From IMG/VR virus record IMGVR_UViG_3300030450_001823, positions 33,236-97,235 of that record: DNA of 64,000 nt, one strand, 5' to 3'. Positions 8,782 to 23,700 of this stretch are shown here, in pieces (the first letter of the stretch is position 1; the number at the start of each line of letters is the position of its first letter). The DNA comes from a virus. Below the pieces are notes generated by a model that saw only the letters and a list, made by a program, of their open reading frames with translations, was not told the origin of the DNA and made no database searches. Position numbers and translations under genes: made by a program.

Positions 8782-11700
8782 TCCCCGCTATGGTCTCCTG
8801 TATTATAAGATGCATCACCGTCACTACCCTTTGGATGCAATGTTTGACTGTACCTTGGCTGTACGCTGTAATCGCCTTCTTCATCATCAGGTGATTTACG
8901 ACTTGCATCTGCTCTAAAGTGTTCAAGTGTATTTTCAGTCATAACTACTCTCGCCACAGGTGAGCGTATGTCAGCCTTGTTATATCCTGTTACATCTACA
9001 CCCTGAATCTTAGGACCTTGGCTTGTAGGTACAGTTGTACTGGAAGTAGGGGTAATTGAGTAAACAGGTGCATACGGCGGGCTACTCGGAGTACCCGTTA
9101 ACGCACCCGGAGCATCACTTGTGAATAGCCCGTATTTACCTCCGGCTGTCGCTCTGTAAAAGTTAGAGCCGCCCTGTATAGTGTCATCCCCGTCAGTATC
9201 GTCAGCACTTATCACAGGCGCTGGTCTGAATAGTTGTACATGCTTGTTATCCAGCACTTGAGCAGGGCGATAAAGGAAATCAATTGTAGAATCAGTAGCA
9301 TTTGTATTTTGGAGAGTAGAGTCGTGGGCGGCGTTTTGATAAGGATTAGATGATGAAGAGGCCCCTGCTTGCCCCCAGCCCTTGACATCAAGTACACCTG
9401 CGTATCTGCTCCATTCCATAGCATATGTACCGCCCAAAGGCCAATAGGCATGCGCGTTGGAAATCCTAGTTATACCTGCCTTTGGATTAGATGAAAAGTT
9501 AAGGGCAGTTAAGTCAAAGTCAGTCAAAGTTCTACTTGCACCATCCATAGCCCCTCTTACGGTAGTTCTCTGACCTATTTCCCTGTCAGTGTGTAAACTC
9601 ACAGCCTCAGTTGACATAATTACATACTCTCTACTAACGCCTTCGTTCAGTTCTCCTATTGTATCTACATCAAGTCCTATTCTAACATCGTCTCTGCCAA
9701 CAGGCTCGGCCAAACGAGTATCAGCAGTGATAGTTTCAGTACCTTCTGCAACAGAAGCGCTTGGCTTGAGCAACCCATCTTCGCTAGCGACATCTAATCT
9801 AGCACTGATTCCTCTTTCAATCTCACCTGACTGCAAAGCCAAGTTACTTGGCCTCACCAAACCTTGGCCGAAGGCTGGCTCTGCTGTGCTATGAGACAAT
9901 ACTAGTCCGGTAGCCTCATGTGTTTCGCTGACATCCATTAGCATACTTTCATTGAATACTGTAGGCCAGCGGACCCCTCTACCATCTCCTCTGTCACCTA
10001 CTCTGAGAGCGCTGGCTGGGTTGAACCAATCCGCTACTCCCATGTTACTAGCGTCATTATTAGCGGTGTTAGCATTTCCACTTTGACGGTCGTTACCATC
10101 CCCTCCAAACAACGCATTAGCAGCAGGTCGGTGAGCGATATTAGTATCTGTATAAGCGTCTTCGGGGTCCCAAGCAGGGCGTATACCAAACCCTCTTACA
10201 GGGAAGCGCCTGACATCTTCTCCACGAGTATTGCCCCACCAGTCGACCATATAGTAGCGATGAGCATTAGCCAATTCGGATATATCTTTACCGGCATTGT
10301 CACCCGGATATTCTCTTCTGACAGTAGATGCATTTCTGATAGTTCTAACAGCACAGCCAAACGGTTGAGTCATTCTGCGACCATCGCTGTACCTTACTTG
10401 GCGACCAATTTGGTCTTGGTTGAGTAATGCACTAACTTGTGTTAACCTTTCCAAGATGCCGACATAAGAAGCGACAAAACTGACATCGCCCAAAGCAGTA
10501 TCGCTACCTACATAGTCCCAGCCGTTAGTCTTGTTATCTTGCTGTATAAGCGGGCCGTGATAATAGCCTAGTAGAGCGTTAGAATTAGCGACTTCTAACC
10601 AACCTCGGACATATTGCCCCCATCGTGGTCTATTATACGCCTGTCTAACTCCGAATCTATAACCAAAGCAATGGTTACGAGCATAAGGTGAAGCCACAGT
10701 AGCCTCATTGTATGTGCGGGTTCTGATACCTGTATTGTCATCAAATGTACCACAGTCCATACCGTATGTCTCCCCGCCCCAACCAATCAAAGAATCTCCA
10801 TATGCCTCTAATCGACTGACTGCTCCTCCTCCATGAGAGCCGCCCGGCCAAAAGCCAGCGAAGTTATATTTTTCACTAAGATAGAGTGCTTCGTTGTTTG
10901 TCAAAACCACTAATGTTCCGCCACCAAATGTGACTCCGTATGGAGCACTGCCGTCAACAGCCGTAAGTACACCGACTAAGATTCCAGCGGAATTGTATAC
11001 GCTATCACCTACTTGGAACTTAGTAGTAGGGTCAACTGCGTCTACAGGAATAGCGCTAGTAGTGTTAACGCTGTAGGTATTACTGGCACCTGACGGGTGA
11101 TTAATCAAAACACCACTACTTTCTGTACTACTTTCTACTCCACCTTGGTGTTTCAGATTAGTATCGAGGTCAATGACTGCGGCTGTATGAACTATGCCGT
11201 CAGCAGCGTTTGTAGGACTGGTGCCCCCTCCGGGTGGCGCTATCCAACTCATAGCGAATCCAAATGGACCTTTGCTCGCTACATAATTGAAATCTTGATA
11301 ATGAATTGTCTCAAAGTGCTCAGGTAGCATATTGTAAGGCTTCTTATCCAAAGGTGTATCTGCTGCTCCAGCCTTGGTATAGAAATTACGAGTACCACCG
11401 TCAGCAGTGTCACTATACCAAGTGAATGGTCTGCCGAGATTCGGATGCCACATGCATAAATATGCATCAGGTACATGTAGGCTGTTTGTATCTCTACTGC
11501 CGTTAGATATTTGAGGCAAAGCCCTTGTAATTATACTAGATAACGAATTAGTGAATACTTTGTCAGAGGAATGGTTGTCATAAGGTCTAGTCAGTTTTAT
11601 GATAGTGCCTGTTGCAATGTTAGCCCAAAACTCACCACTACCGCTGACAGTTGAGAATGTAACAGATGCACCTAATGTTGCATAAGCAAGAGTACCTGTT

Positions 11701-14700
11701 CTGTTTCCATAAGTAGCAGTGTACCGTACACCATCTTTGGTGTATTCTAACTTTTCACCATAATAAGGTACTACTGGGAATAAAGAGTTATCATCGACTG
11801 TTATTGTAGAGGAGCCGTTGTTAGATATTACTACACAAGTAGGATTTAGACTTCTGTTGCGCTTATGGACTTCGTAAATGTCTAGGAAAGAAGTTGGATA
11901 ACCACCTAGGGTTAACTGTGCGCCTACGCAACCGTATGATGCTCTGCAAAGTTCGTAGTAATTATCAGGCTTATGCCATTCTAGGTGTCTAAACTTGTCA
12001 GCACCACTTGCACCTGCTCCATCTTTGTGCAATATACCCCACCAAGGTACAGTAAGTGTATATCCGGGCGTAGCACTGCTAAACATACCCGGTCTGTAAG
12101 GTAGGCTTCTACGAGTAAGCGAAGGTGAACTAGTCTCTTGAACTCCAAGTGGGTTGTAAAGTGCCAAAGTAGGTAAATTAGTGAAATGGCTACCCGAATC
12201 AGGTTCAATGTCAAGTATAACTTCGTTTATTATTACTTCACAACCTCTGACATCTGCCATTATTGCATCTGCTAAAATCAGACTGTATGCGCCGTTTGTG
12301 TCAACATCTTGCTCAATGGCAATTACAGTATTCACTTGCTGCCCTGTTAATTCTACAACTTTAGTGCCGCTTTCAGAAGGTGCTTTGTTCTCAGTACTAT
12401 GGTTTAAGTGGAAACCTTTGATTTGCTGAGCAAATACATTCGGCTGTATCACAATCTGATAGGCCCCGACCTCCATAGGGTCAGGGAAATGGTTGTTGAG
12501 AGTATAAGTCCCACCTGCTTCTAATACAAGTTCGTGCCCACCTGCTGCGTTAGTAGTACCAGCAGCACCTAGAGACGCAGCAACTCCGTAACCTTCGTAT
12601 TTGATTTTAGTCTCAGTCAATAGAGTGAATGCCCCGCCGTGTATATCAGATGGTGAGAATGCAGCGGTTGGACCGGAGAAGTAAATGTAAGGGTCACGGC
12701 CCGATTCATGAGTGGTGGATGTAGCAGTTGTACTGGTTCTAGTACCTTCGTTGGTACCAATGAGGCTGTCAATCAAAGGTGCATTGTTAGAAGTTCTACA
12801 ACTTTGGTTTAACTCGTACAAGCGTTGGTAGGCCGGGTGAGCATAATGTCCGGGCATGAGTGCCATTGTCGGGCTAATGTAATGGTGACCCATACGAGGT
12901 ATAGGCATAGGTGTCATCTTAGGAGTCATTATGTGATTATAAGGTATAGAAGGATTAGTAGTCGCACCTGTATTCGCAGGTAAAGCAGCATATAGCGCGT
13001 ACCAATCAATTATCTTCATATCAGGACTAGCACCGCTGTACTCACTATGGTCCCTTAGTCGTCTTGCGCCAAAGAACCTAGTGCTACCCGCTGGCATATA
13101 GTAAGAAGGTACTATTTTCAGCAATGTACCCTCTGATATTTCCTTTTCTACAAATGTAGTAAAGTCAGGGCTATACACGACGCCTGTAAACTTACCACTA
13201 CCTATACCTGTATAAGAAACCAATACTCCTTCGTTAGTGGTATCATTGTACACTCTTAGGAAATATCTACCACCGCTTAATTCACTACTGTCAGTCCACA
13301 CACCTGTTTCAGGTGTAGCACTTACTGTTATTTCTGTACCACTATGACTTTGGTAATTTAACAACTGCGATGTCTCACGGTTAGTCATAGATACACCCAT
13401 ACGGGTGACATGGAAATACAAGTTTCTATCATGAGGCTCGTATGCTGTCTTAAGAGGAGAATTACTAGTATGGTCTTGCCACCCTTCTACAGTTGAAGCC
13501 GGGAACTTCAAGCGATTATCGCTCTTGGCCAAAGATACATCTACTCCGTCTTGACTTAAATGCTCCCAGCCGTTATTTTCCCAAGTAGGCCATAGTCTAG
13601 GACCTGAATACTTGTTATCGAACATGTCAGTAATATGCTGCACAGGCTGTGACGGGTGCTGTAGACCTCCTGAGCCTATAGTTTCACTTTGATACGCTTG
13701 TATACGGTCGAATCCGGGCCTAACGATAATGTTACCCGGTATTTCATCAGGGTTAGGTAATCTGATTTTCATATTAGGTGAAACACCTGTACCAGCAAGT
13801 GCAGGTGCCAGCCCCTCTATTTCCCTGTCACTTACATGTCTGAAATCCATGATAACGGTACCTAGAGGAGAGCCACCCTCAAGTCGGTGCTCTTGACCAG
13901 TATCGTCTATCACCATCATGCTTTGGAATTGCTTTTCCTCATTTGGTAACATTAGTGCGTTGCGGATTTCCATAGGGTGCTGCTCTGCTAATTGAGGGTG
14001 GGATAGTTCTTGGGCCTGTATGATTGGAAACATCGCTGCGTTAGTTGATTCAAAACTAAACCTAACATTACCAAGTACTTTTTCACCTTCAAGTAAGTAT
14101 TGCCCAGTAGAGGCTTTTCTCCTAACCCAAGGTATAGCACCGAGTCCTCTTGCATTAGCGGCTGGCATAGTTAGACTACCGCCATCCATTCGTTTCCAAA
14201 CCACATGTTCTGCTGAGAAATTACGAGCAGCAGAGCGAGTATTGTAATAGCCGAATAATCCATTATGCGGCATAGCAGTGCTCGACGCACCGGGGTTCAA
14301 GTAATCATCACTACCACTTACCCCTATACATTCTTTGCCATAAGTACCAAAGTCTTCATGGAAATTAGAGCCTTTAACAACGCTCTCATCCCAAAATAAA
14401 TCACCAGTAGGATTTAGACAGGCGTTGGCTTGTACCATTTTGCCCGACGCTATTGTATCGTGCCACTTATTGGCTGCTACGGCTGCGCTAGTGGCGGGAT
14501 AATCCCCTGCAACAGTTGGTCTCACAAAGTCCGAATGCACTTGTGCTTCTACACGAGGACCACCAGTTGCAGGGCCTAAGTAACGAGATTTGTTGTGAAC
14601 TTTAGAAGTGTCCCATTGTATTGTACCTGCATTGATAATGTTACTAGTCTCCTTCGTCATCAACCAGTCACCTGCACAAGTTACTCCGTCTCTGTCAGCC

Positions 14701-17700
14701 TTAGCGATAAGAGGCAATTCACTTTCGTGAGTAATCGCAATCAAGTGTCGAGAAGACAAGCCGTTTACGCAATAATCTGAAAATGTAGCAGTAGCAGTAT
14801 CACCTGTTCCGACTGGAGATGATGCCGCTAAACAAGTTTCAGCAGCACCGTATGGATTGAAACCAAGGGATGGGTGCCAAGCACCTAATCCAGCAGGGTA
14901 AACACCTGAGCCGACTTGTGTACCTGTATAGGAGTTCATGTAAGAGTAGGCTTCTCCAGCCCAGCCTACTGCTCCTACAGGCTTGGTACGGTCTATTGCA
15001 TCAATTAACCCATTGTAGTGAACTTGGGTAATATGGTCTCTTGTTGTAACCGTGTTATCATTATTCAATCGGTGTGTACCGGATTTAGCCCAAACATACG
15101 CCTTGAAATCACTGGTGGCGGTAACTTCTCTATCATTGGTAGGATTGATGAAAGAAGTACTTTTTGCACAGTCTACTAGAAGTATTCTTGCAGCACCGTC
15201 ACCACCTGCCGGTATCACCAACTCTCCGGGCTGATAACCTGAACCGGCGGTAGCAATACTAATTCCAGTTATTTCACCGGAGCCTCCGACTGTGAGAGCC
15301 AGCGTTAGCCCAGTACCACTACCGCCGCTTGTAGAAACAGTTGCTGCACTATAACCTGCACCGGGCACTGCGACAGCAGCCACTGACGGTACGGTTGAGT
15401 TAACACTTTTTCCTAAAAAGATTGAGCCAGTATTCCCATTAAACCCGGCAATCGTAAGGTTTGCGACATCTTCTGTAATCGTAGTATTGCCTGAAATACC
15501 AGCAACTGCGTTGGTTAAAGTAAAAATACTCGTACTTGTTTCAGTTACTGTAATTTTACCAGCATGCCCGTTAGCGTGCTCTATTGCAGCCTTGATTTGC
15601 TCCAAATACTGATGCTGAGTAGCACTTGAAAAGTTGATACCAACCGCTATGCCTCCTGTTAGACTATCTCCGGCTGTACCTGCACCTGTGTCTGAATTAG
15701 AAACTAATACTGTTCCAGTAGCAACCCCTCCAGCGTTAGTATCTGTCAATACATATACTCTTACCGTGCCATCTGCTGCGGTAATAGTCACCTTTTGTTT
15801 CTCAGTCATACCGTGTGCGCTACCTTGAGCCGCAACCGTAAGTGTAGCAGTAGTAGTTATGTCAGTATAAGGTGCATATCCAGCGGTATTGCCGTCACTA
15901 ATGCGAATCCAACCATATTTAGGTAAAGTTTCAAGGGATGCATTGTTAGTGACAACCAGTTTATTCGCTGGCTCAAAAGAAGCAATATCCAACTGTACCC
16001 AGCCGTACCTATCTTGTTTGTGAGCATTCTGCATTGAAGGCAAAAAGGTACCACCTATTGCCTTGAGTGGGTCTTTACCGGGGAATGTGTTGATAGACGC
16101 ACTGATGACTGCTCCTAATTCTTCTGCGTTTTGTACACGAGTAGCGTCTATCAATACTACATTGTCATCATTCGCTTGATTATCAGGTGAACCTCCATAC
16201 TGAGTTAAATATGCTTTAGCCAAAAGTCCACAAGGTCTGAAAGCAGATACATTATGCTTATTGGTACCACCTGTAGCAAGTCTACCACCTTCTACAGCGT
16301 GTTTAGGATTTATGTTAACATGGTTATCAAGGAAATGTCCGCCGGGATGATAGCCTCCATCCATGTGCCAAATTACAGAAGACTTCTTTGTAGCAGGGTG
16401 ACTACTTGATTCAAGAGCGTTACCACTTGAGTCAGTAAATATATGACTAAATGGATGAGCGCTTGGTGGTAACGCTACTCCAAATGTAAAGGGAGAGCCT
16501 TCGTAATAAAATGCCCTATCGTAAGTTTGTGCAAATGTAGTACTACCACTTACAGCAACGCTTGGGAATCCTTTAGTAGGCTCCCAGTTCATATCGTAAT
16601 TAAAGGCTGAAAGTTTATTGATTTGGAAAAATGTAGTTCTAGGTAAATGTCCGATAACGGCACCACTAGCATGGTTTATCAAACCGGCAACGGTGCTATC
16701 TCCATTAGTCAATGAGTTAGGTAAAAATGTTTCAAGACTGACAGTGCTACCATCAGTATAAATTGGCACTGCACTGTAACCATTACCGCTCGTAACTATA
16801 TTGGCACCCTGTGGCTCAAAAGCAGCAGAATTGTGCGGGAATGCTTGGCCGGGACCAAATACCATGTAGATAGTTTGGTCAGCAGTATTACCCGTAGCAC
16901 TATATCTAGCGTGAGGGTGAGCAAATCTAAGTACAATTGGACTAGGTAAATTAGCGTGGACTGCGTTGCTACCATCTGTATAAGTAAGTCCAGTGAACTT
17001 AGTATTAGCACCCTTCGCCATGTCAAATGGTAATAGGCTATCTTGATTAAACAAAGGAGGATTATTTTTACCTTTATGGTCGTCTAAGTAAGGTGTACCG
17101 GGAAACATAGCCAGCATAGCGTTAGTATCGAGTAACGCGTAGGAGCCAGCGATTTCTCCTACATTTTGAAGACCAGCAGAACCTGTAGGGCCACCTGCGT
17201 ATGGGTGCGTGTAAAAATCACCATAGTCGTTTTGAGTACCGTCGTTAATATCCATAACAACGCCACTGAAACCACCACCGAAGTAAAGTGGTACCCAATG
17301 GTCGGGACTATCTCTACCTCCTCTAAAGTAGAGGAACGGACTAGACATTTTGCTACCAGCCCTACGAATACCATCTGTTTTCATGCCATTCTTGACATCA
17401 CCGTTTCGCATAAGAACTTCATCGTCGCTGTCGTGACAGAAAGAAGCAAAGTTGGCACTAACACCTGTACCTGCCCCGTAAGTAAGTTTAGTTTCAACTG
17501 CTGCTCCGGGCGTACTAGCAACCTCTGCGTATTCTTCTGAACCCCACCAAATTGTAAATCGCTCGCCCCAAGCCTGTGCATGGTCTGAACCCGGTACACA
17601 TATCGAATACAAGTAAGTGCTACTTGCGGTTGTTATTAGAGTACCACTATCAGTGGTTTTCAAAATCATAGGGCTGTCTACCTTTGGTATAATGTGGTCG

Positions 17701-20700
17701 CCCGCTACACTTGTGTAATTGTCACCACGAAGGTTCCTCTGCCATGTAGATATGTCAACAGGGTTATTCTGATTATCAACTAGAATAGGAGTAGCGGTGT
17801 TAGCATTAGTACCCTTGTAACGGGTAGTAATGTGCAACACTGTTTCAGGAATATAACCTACATCTAACCTTGTACCTGCGTCTCTTTCAACATCGCTTAA
17901 CCCACCAGTGTGTTTAGAAGATACAACGGCGTCACTACTTGCACCTTCGACCAACCCCCAATCTTTGTTCCTTGATACTTGGAATAATTTACTTAGAGGC
18001 GTTTTGCTCTTACTACTGGCTTTAACTCGTATTGCAGTAGGGCTAACTCCCCATTCTCCCAATGTTTTACCATCAGGTGCAAACATACCTGTGCAATCAA
18101 AACTAGTCGCTGCTATACTATCGTCTGTCGGGTCAGGCATAGCCATCGCAAACTCAACTGCTGCTGCAATCACTTCGTCAGTGAGTACGCTTGTGAAGTT
18201 GATTCTTGGGCTAATTAGCATACCTTCGTTAGTAGTTAGTGCACGACCACCTGTGCAGCCATAGAAGTAATGCTTGTTAGATGCACCAGTGTCACCGTCG
18301 TGGTCGTAATGAGAACGACTGGTATAATGAATAGTAATCCCTTGGTCACCACTAGTACCTGCATCATCTGTCAATTGTAATACTCCCGACTCAGGGAATC
18401 CGAGATAACCTAGTACATCAGGGTGGGTTAGCGTGTCTCCTGTACTGTAAGGTGCAGTGAAAGTTACATCCATAGTTACTCCGGTATCAGTAGCCTTGTT
18501 ACCAGTCACATGTATTCCTACAGCAGGTGAAGGGTAATTGTTCCAAAGATTACCTTTGTATGGCTTAGCAGTACCTCCACTCTTTTCACCGCAGACTTCT
18601 CCTGTACCTACCATGTGCTTACCAATTGTGAATCCACCTTGTGCTACATCTCTATCGTCAAAGTGAATAACAATCTCTTCGTCAATCGTAGGAGGTACTA
18701 TTGTCAAATCATTTGCAAAAGACTTACCATACTGCTTGTATATCATCCTAACAGTATGATTATCACCTCGATGGTCTACTAAACGAATACCATAAATGTT
18801 ACCGTCACCTATATTACGGGGCTTCATATCATCTTTAGGAATATAACCAACTTTGTTATCGGTATCGTATATTGTACTATTTAGCATAGCAGTAGCGGCG
18901 TTAGAAGCGTTACCGTATACTGATTGGTAACGAGAGTCTTCTCCGTCTCTGCCCATCCCCCATTTACCAGCATCAGGAGACCAGCCGGGTATACCTGCTT
19001 GAGTCATACCGCCGAAGTTAATACGAGACTTAGCAGAAGTACCTGTTCTCAACCCATCGACAAGTGTAGATGATGGACTCTTGGTTTCAAACGATTCATC
19101 TATAACTGTATTACTATTCCTACCCGAAGCGTTTTCTCTAAAGGTATCAGCAGACTGTGTTGAACCAATCACTATTTCAGGACCTATACTCAGATTATTA
19201 CTAAAAGAAGCAAGAGTCTCTTCGGGAGGTAAGTATTCTTTCAAAGTTGTAATTGGTGCGAACGGTCTACCGAATCTATTGATAGGCATAGGTGCAGGGT
19301 GCATGTTTTCACCAGTCATTTCATCAGGTTGGCACCAATAATTACGGAATCTACCACCGTGCCCAATGAGGTACTGAGGGCGATAAGGTGTTTGAGCACG
19401 GCTGTTATCTAACCAAGTACAGAAGTTTCTACCTTCTGCGCCCGGTATTGTAGAATGTATAACGATAGAGTAACCCTTGTTACCGTCAGAATCAAGGACT
19501 ACTCTACCAAGATGAGCACGGACATACCCCATATGCGTACCTCTGTCGTGACTTGAGAATCCTCTTTTAATGTCCCAAAACGGAGCCGGGTCGTGTGTAG
19601 AACCGGTTGCTGCAAAGTCAGCGTTGATGTGAGCAGCACTTGGGTCAAAGCCCATACTGAATCCGCCAGCCTTTACGCCGGGTGAAGATAAATCAAACTT
19701 TTCACTTTCGCCTAAATACTGGTCAGCAGGTCTTCTAGCGTGAGTACGACCATTCTTTGCACCCGCTTGGTTAACTAAGCGAACAACTTCTCTTGCCGCT
19801 GCTTCTATGTCTGTTACACCGTCTCTAAGTGCTACCTCTCCAAAGTCTACTGTTAACCGGCGCACGAAGTCCATCTGAGTCCAATGGTCTAGTTCATTCA
19901 ATCTTGCCTCTTCATGCCCACTTAAGTCAGCAGTACTGCTTCTAATCCCTTTCAGTGCAAGGAATGCTGGTATCGCTCTTGTACCATCGGGAGTATCAAA
20001 GAATGTCGAGGCTTCTCTTGAGTCTTTGTCAATCTGCTTATGCTTTAGAACAGCGTCGTCAGAATTGATAACAGCATCATTAGTCCTTGGCATAGCGCCA
20101 TTTGTTGCATACTTTGTACCTACATCGGGTGCATGTGGTGAAAGTATAGTACCTGTACTAGCATTCCATGTACTCTTATGAGAATAAGCAGCCTCCATAA
20201 AATCGGAGCCATTAGTTGCTGCTAGATATTTACTTTCGCTTGGGAAACCGGCGGCTACATCTATCCAAGAACCTGAATTGTCATCATCGTGCACAATTGC
20301 ACCGGCAGTGTGGGCTGGTGCAGCCCCTATCTTGGTGGCATCAGCGCTACTCTGTACCTGCATCCATAGGTCTTGGAAAGCGATAAACTCACGGTCATGG
20401 GCCACATCATAAAGTAATACACGAGCGTGCTCTTCTGTAGATTGATAAGGGTCTAGGTAAGCGACAGTCGGTGCAGGTGTATTAGATGTAAATGTCAAAG
20501 TTTGACTAGACTTAGAGCCGCCAGTGGTAGCCTCAGATAACTCAAAGTGAGTAGCGTCGGTTACTGTAGCCACAGTAGCGCCGTCAGGTATACCACTACC
20601 ACTTACTCCCATACCTACCACAATTGCAGTAGAAGAAGTGTGAGTAATTGTCGGGTCGTTATTATACGAAGCGCCACCTACTGTGAACTCGGCGTATAAT

Positions 20701-23700
20701 CCAAGTGCTTCGTAATTTAACTCAATCGTTTTGTTAACATGTTGAACAAAGTTCTGAGCCGTTTCTGTACAACTATTGCCTATCAAGAAGTTCTCCATAG
20801 GTATACTGTTCCTTGGATTAGCAGCAAACGCTCCCTCCCCTCCATTAAACCCAGTCCATACTTCGCCTTCGTTGAGTGTGCCTCTGCTCTTAGCAAACAG
20901 TCCCTCAATCGCATGAGGGTTGGTGTAATGCATGTTCATCCAAACGGTGTCACCGTCACGCAATCCACCCGGAGCATACGGATAAGCCCAAGATTTGTTT
21001 AAGAATACACCTTCTTTGACTTCGGGATATATCGTAGTAGGACTTGCATGCATATCTACTAGTGTAACTTCGTCACCGGATGCTGGTTGAAAAGCGTCAT
21101 CTCGCTGAGTCAAAGTTAGCAAATTGTCAGATTTTATATCATAATGAGCATGAGTTATAACTCCGTTTGAAGTAATTGTCAAAGTCTTACTACTCAAAGA
21201 GCCGCCGGTTGTAGCGACCGATAAATCAAAAGTAGTATTACTGATAACTGCTTCAACTGTTGCTCCAACAGGTATACCATCTCCACTCACAGCCATACCG
21301 ACTGCGACCAAGGTAGACGACGAATGTGTTATGAGTTTAGCATTGTTATAGGAACAACCAGTCAAACTAAAGTCACTTGGTGCCCAAGCAAGACGGTAGC
21401 GATAATTGCTATAGCCATCTACTCCGGCTATGTTATCAGGAAATAAACTGGCATCTTTCATATACAAAAGGGTCGGAGCACCACTAGCCCAAGCCTGTAC
21501 TACCCCTTTGGCTCTACCGCTTTGTATTCTATCGAGATGAGGGTTAACACGAGGCCCTGCTCTAAACTCTACTGCACTAACATATTGCCTCATACCATAG
21601 TCTACATTACCACCTTGTGTCATTACATTGGAGCGGTCATAGTAGAAAGAGCGCCTACCTTCATATCCAGCACTCTTAAGCAGAGGGTTGTCAGCAATAG
21701 GAGTGTAATTCATATCTTGGTAGCCCGGAGCCGGAGTAAGTTGTGCACCAACTGCAAACTCCTTGACGAAGTTCTTACTCATTGCCCAGTTGCCACCAGC
21801 AGTAGACGCAGAGGCCGCTGTAATTGTGTTAGCACTTGTGTCTCTAGCAGTGTAGAGCACCCATTCTCCGCTCGGCAAGAATGCCCTACGATACCTTGCA
21901 CTGCCGTCAACACCAGCAACGGTGACAGGGGCAGCATCAGGTATAGGGAATATACTAGCATCTTCTACAGAGATTGTAGTACCAGTAAAAGGCTTGGTAA
22001 TCTTAGTTCCTGACCTGTGACTGTCACTAGATATACTGTAGGAAAATGCACCAAAGATTTCAGGGTCTTGTGTTGCAATTTCGTCATGTCTTCTACCTAC
22101 TGGGTTTGGTGCCCAGTTACTTGCAGTATGTGTAGCGTCGACATGTATTTTCATACTGTTATCAGGGCCGGGGAATATACCCTTGTCAGGGTTGTCAAAG
22201 AAGAACTCTTCAAACAAAGGTATCTCTACTAAAGCACGAGTACTGGCGTACTGTGTACCCAATTGGTAATCGTGCTGTACGCTGTCTAATGTTTGGAATA
22301 GTCTATCATTGACAGTAGTACCGTCGTTACACATGGATTCCTCAAGGAACTTATCATCAACATGTAATTTATGACCTGTGCTTATTCCAGTAGCACTGGC
22401 CCAAGCAGCAAAGCCTACTGCTTCACTACCGTCGGCCAATACAAACTTACCTGAACCTAAGTGAGTAGTGCCTGATGCAAAGTTAAACAAAACCCCTGTC
22501 TTTGAAGAATACTCTGCCGAAGCAAATCTAATCGGCTCGTTTACATCAGTCCTTGGTAATTCAAGATATATTCTACCGACTTTAGGGAAACAGTATGTAC
22601 CCCAAGATTGTAAATCAGTAGAGCGGTTGTTAAGAGGTAAAGTCGTTACAGTGCGACTACTTGTGTCGACTGCGCTTACTTCGGTAACACAATCACGCCT
22701 TGTATTCCAAGCAAGGCGAGCGGTAGGGCTAGGCTCCCAAGTCTCTTTCGTGTTGATTGCACCTTGACCCGGACCACCTAGCATCATTGTTACGACAGGT
22801 GCACCGGGCATTATTTCCTTAACAATGTGAGAATCAGGAGCGCCGTCACCTTTTGCACTGACACTAGCACCCGCTATATCGGATATAATACCATAAGCGA
22901 GTAGGTTTGAGTTACCGTTATCATCTTCATTGAATGAAAGTACACGGCCCCTTGACATCAAGTATTCTACTGACAAATGGTTAGATGAATCTTCATCTAT
23001 CTTTAGTCTAGCCAGTTGTGTAAATCTTCTACGGTCGCTTGGTTGAACAGTTAAAGTTACTATATCTCCACTCATCTGATGCTCAATGATGTCAAATATC
23101 TCATGAACAGAAGTAGATTGGTTAGTAGTACCTGTACCTATGTTAATAGACTGGTTGTAGAGTTCTTCATTGTCTACCAAAGACGCAGTAATTCCAGCAG
23201 ACACTCCGATGGCTGTTTCTGCAACAGAAGTAATTGTACCTAATACGGTCCCATCAATCTTATACAAACTCTGACCTGTTGAGAACTTAGTACGAGCGTC
23301 TACTGCATCAACGGTGATACTGGTAGCAGTTGCTGAATAACCACTGCCATTATTTACCAACACACCAGTTCTTTGCCGGTCATACTGAGAACTTTGTCTA
23401 ATTATATCTGCTGTCTCTTCTAAAGTGTCTTCATAAGTAGCGGTTTTAATTATTATTTTACTAAACTGTGAACTCTTAGTAGATAAGTTAGAATCAGATA
23501 CCGCTATACCTTGAGGTGTAGTTTGCGGTGGGTCAGTAGATGCCAAAGGTAAGTAATTATCAGGGCACAGCGTTGTGTCTAAAGTTGTCTCTGCAACAGT
23601 GCCTTCTTCTGTATCTCCTTCTAAGTCTCCGCTTTTGAAAGGAAACATACCGGGTGCTTTGAACTCTACTATACCACCGGGAGAAAGTATATCCAAGTCT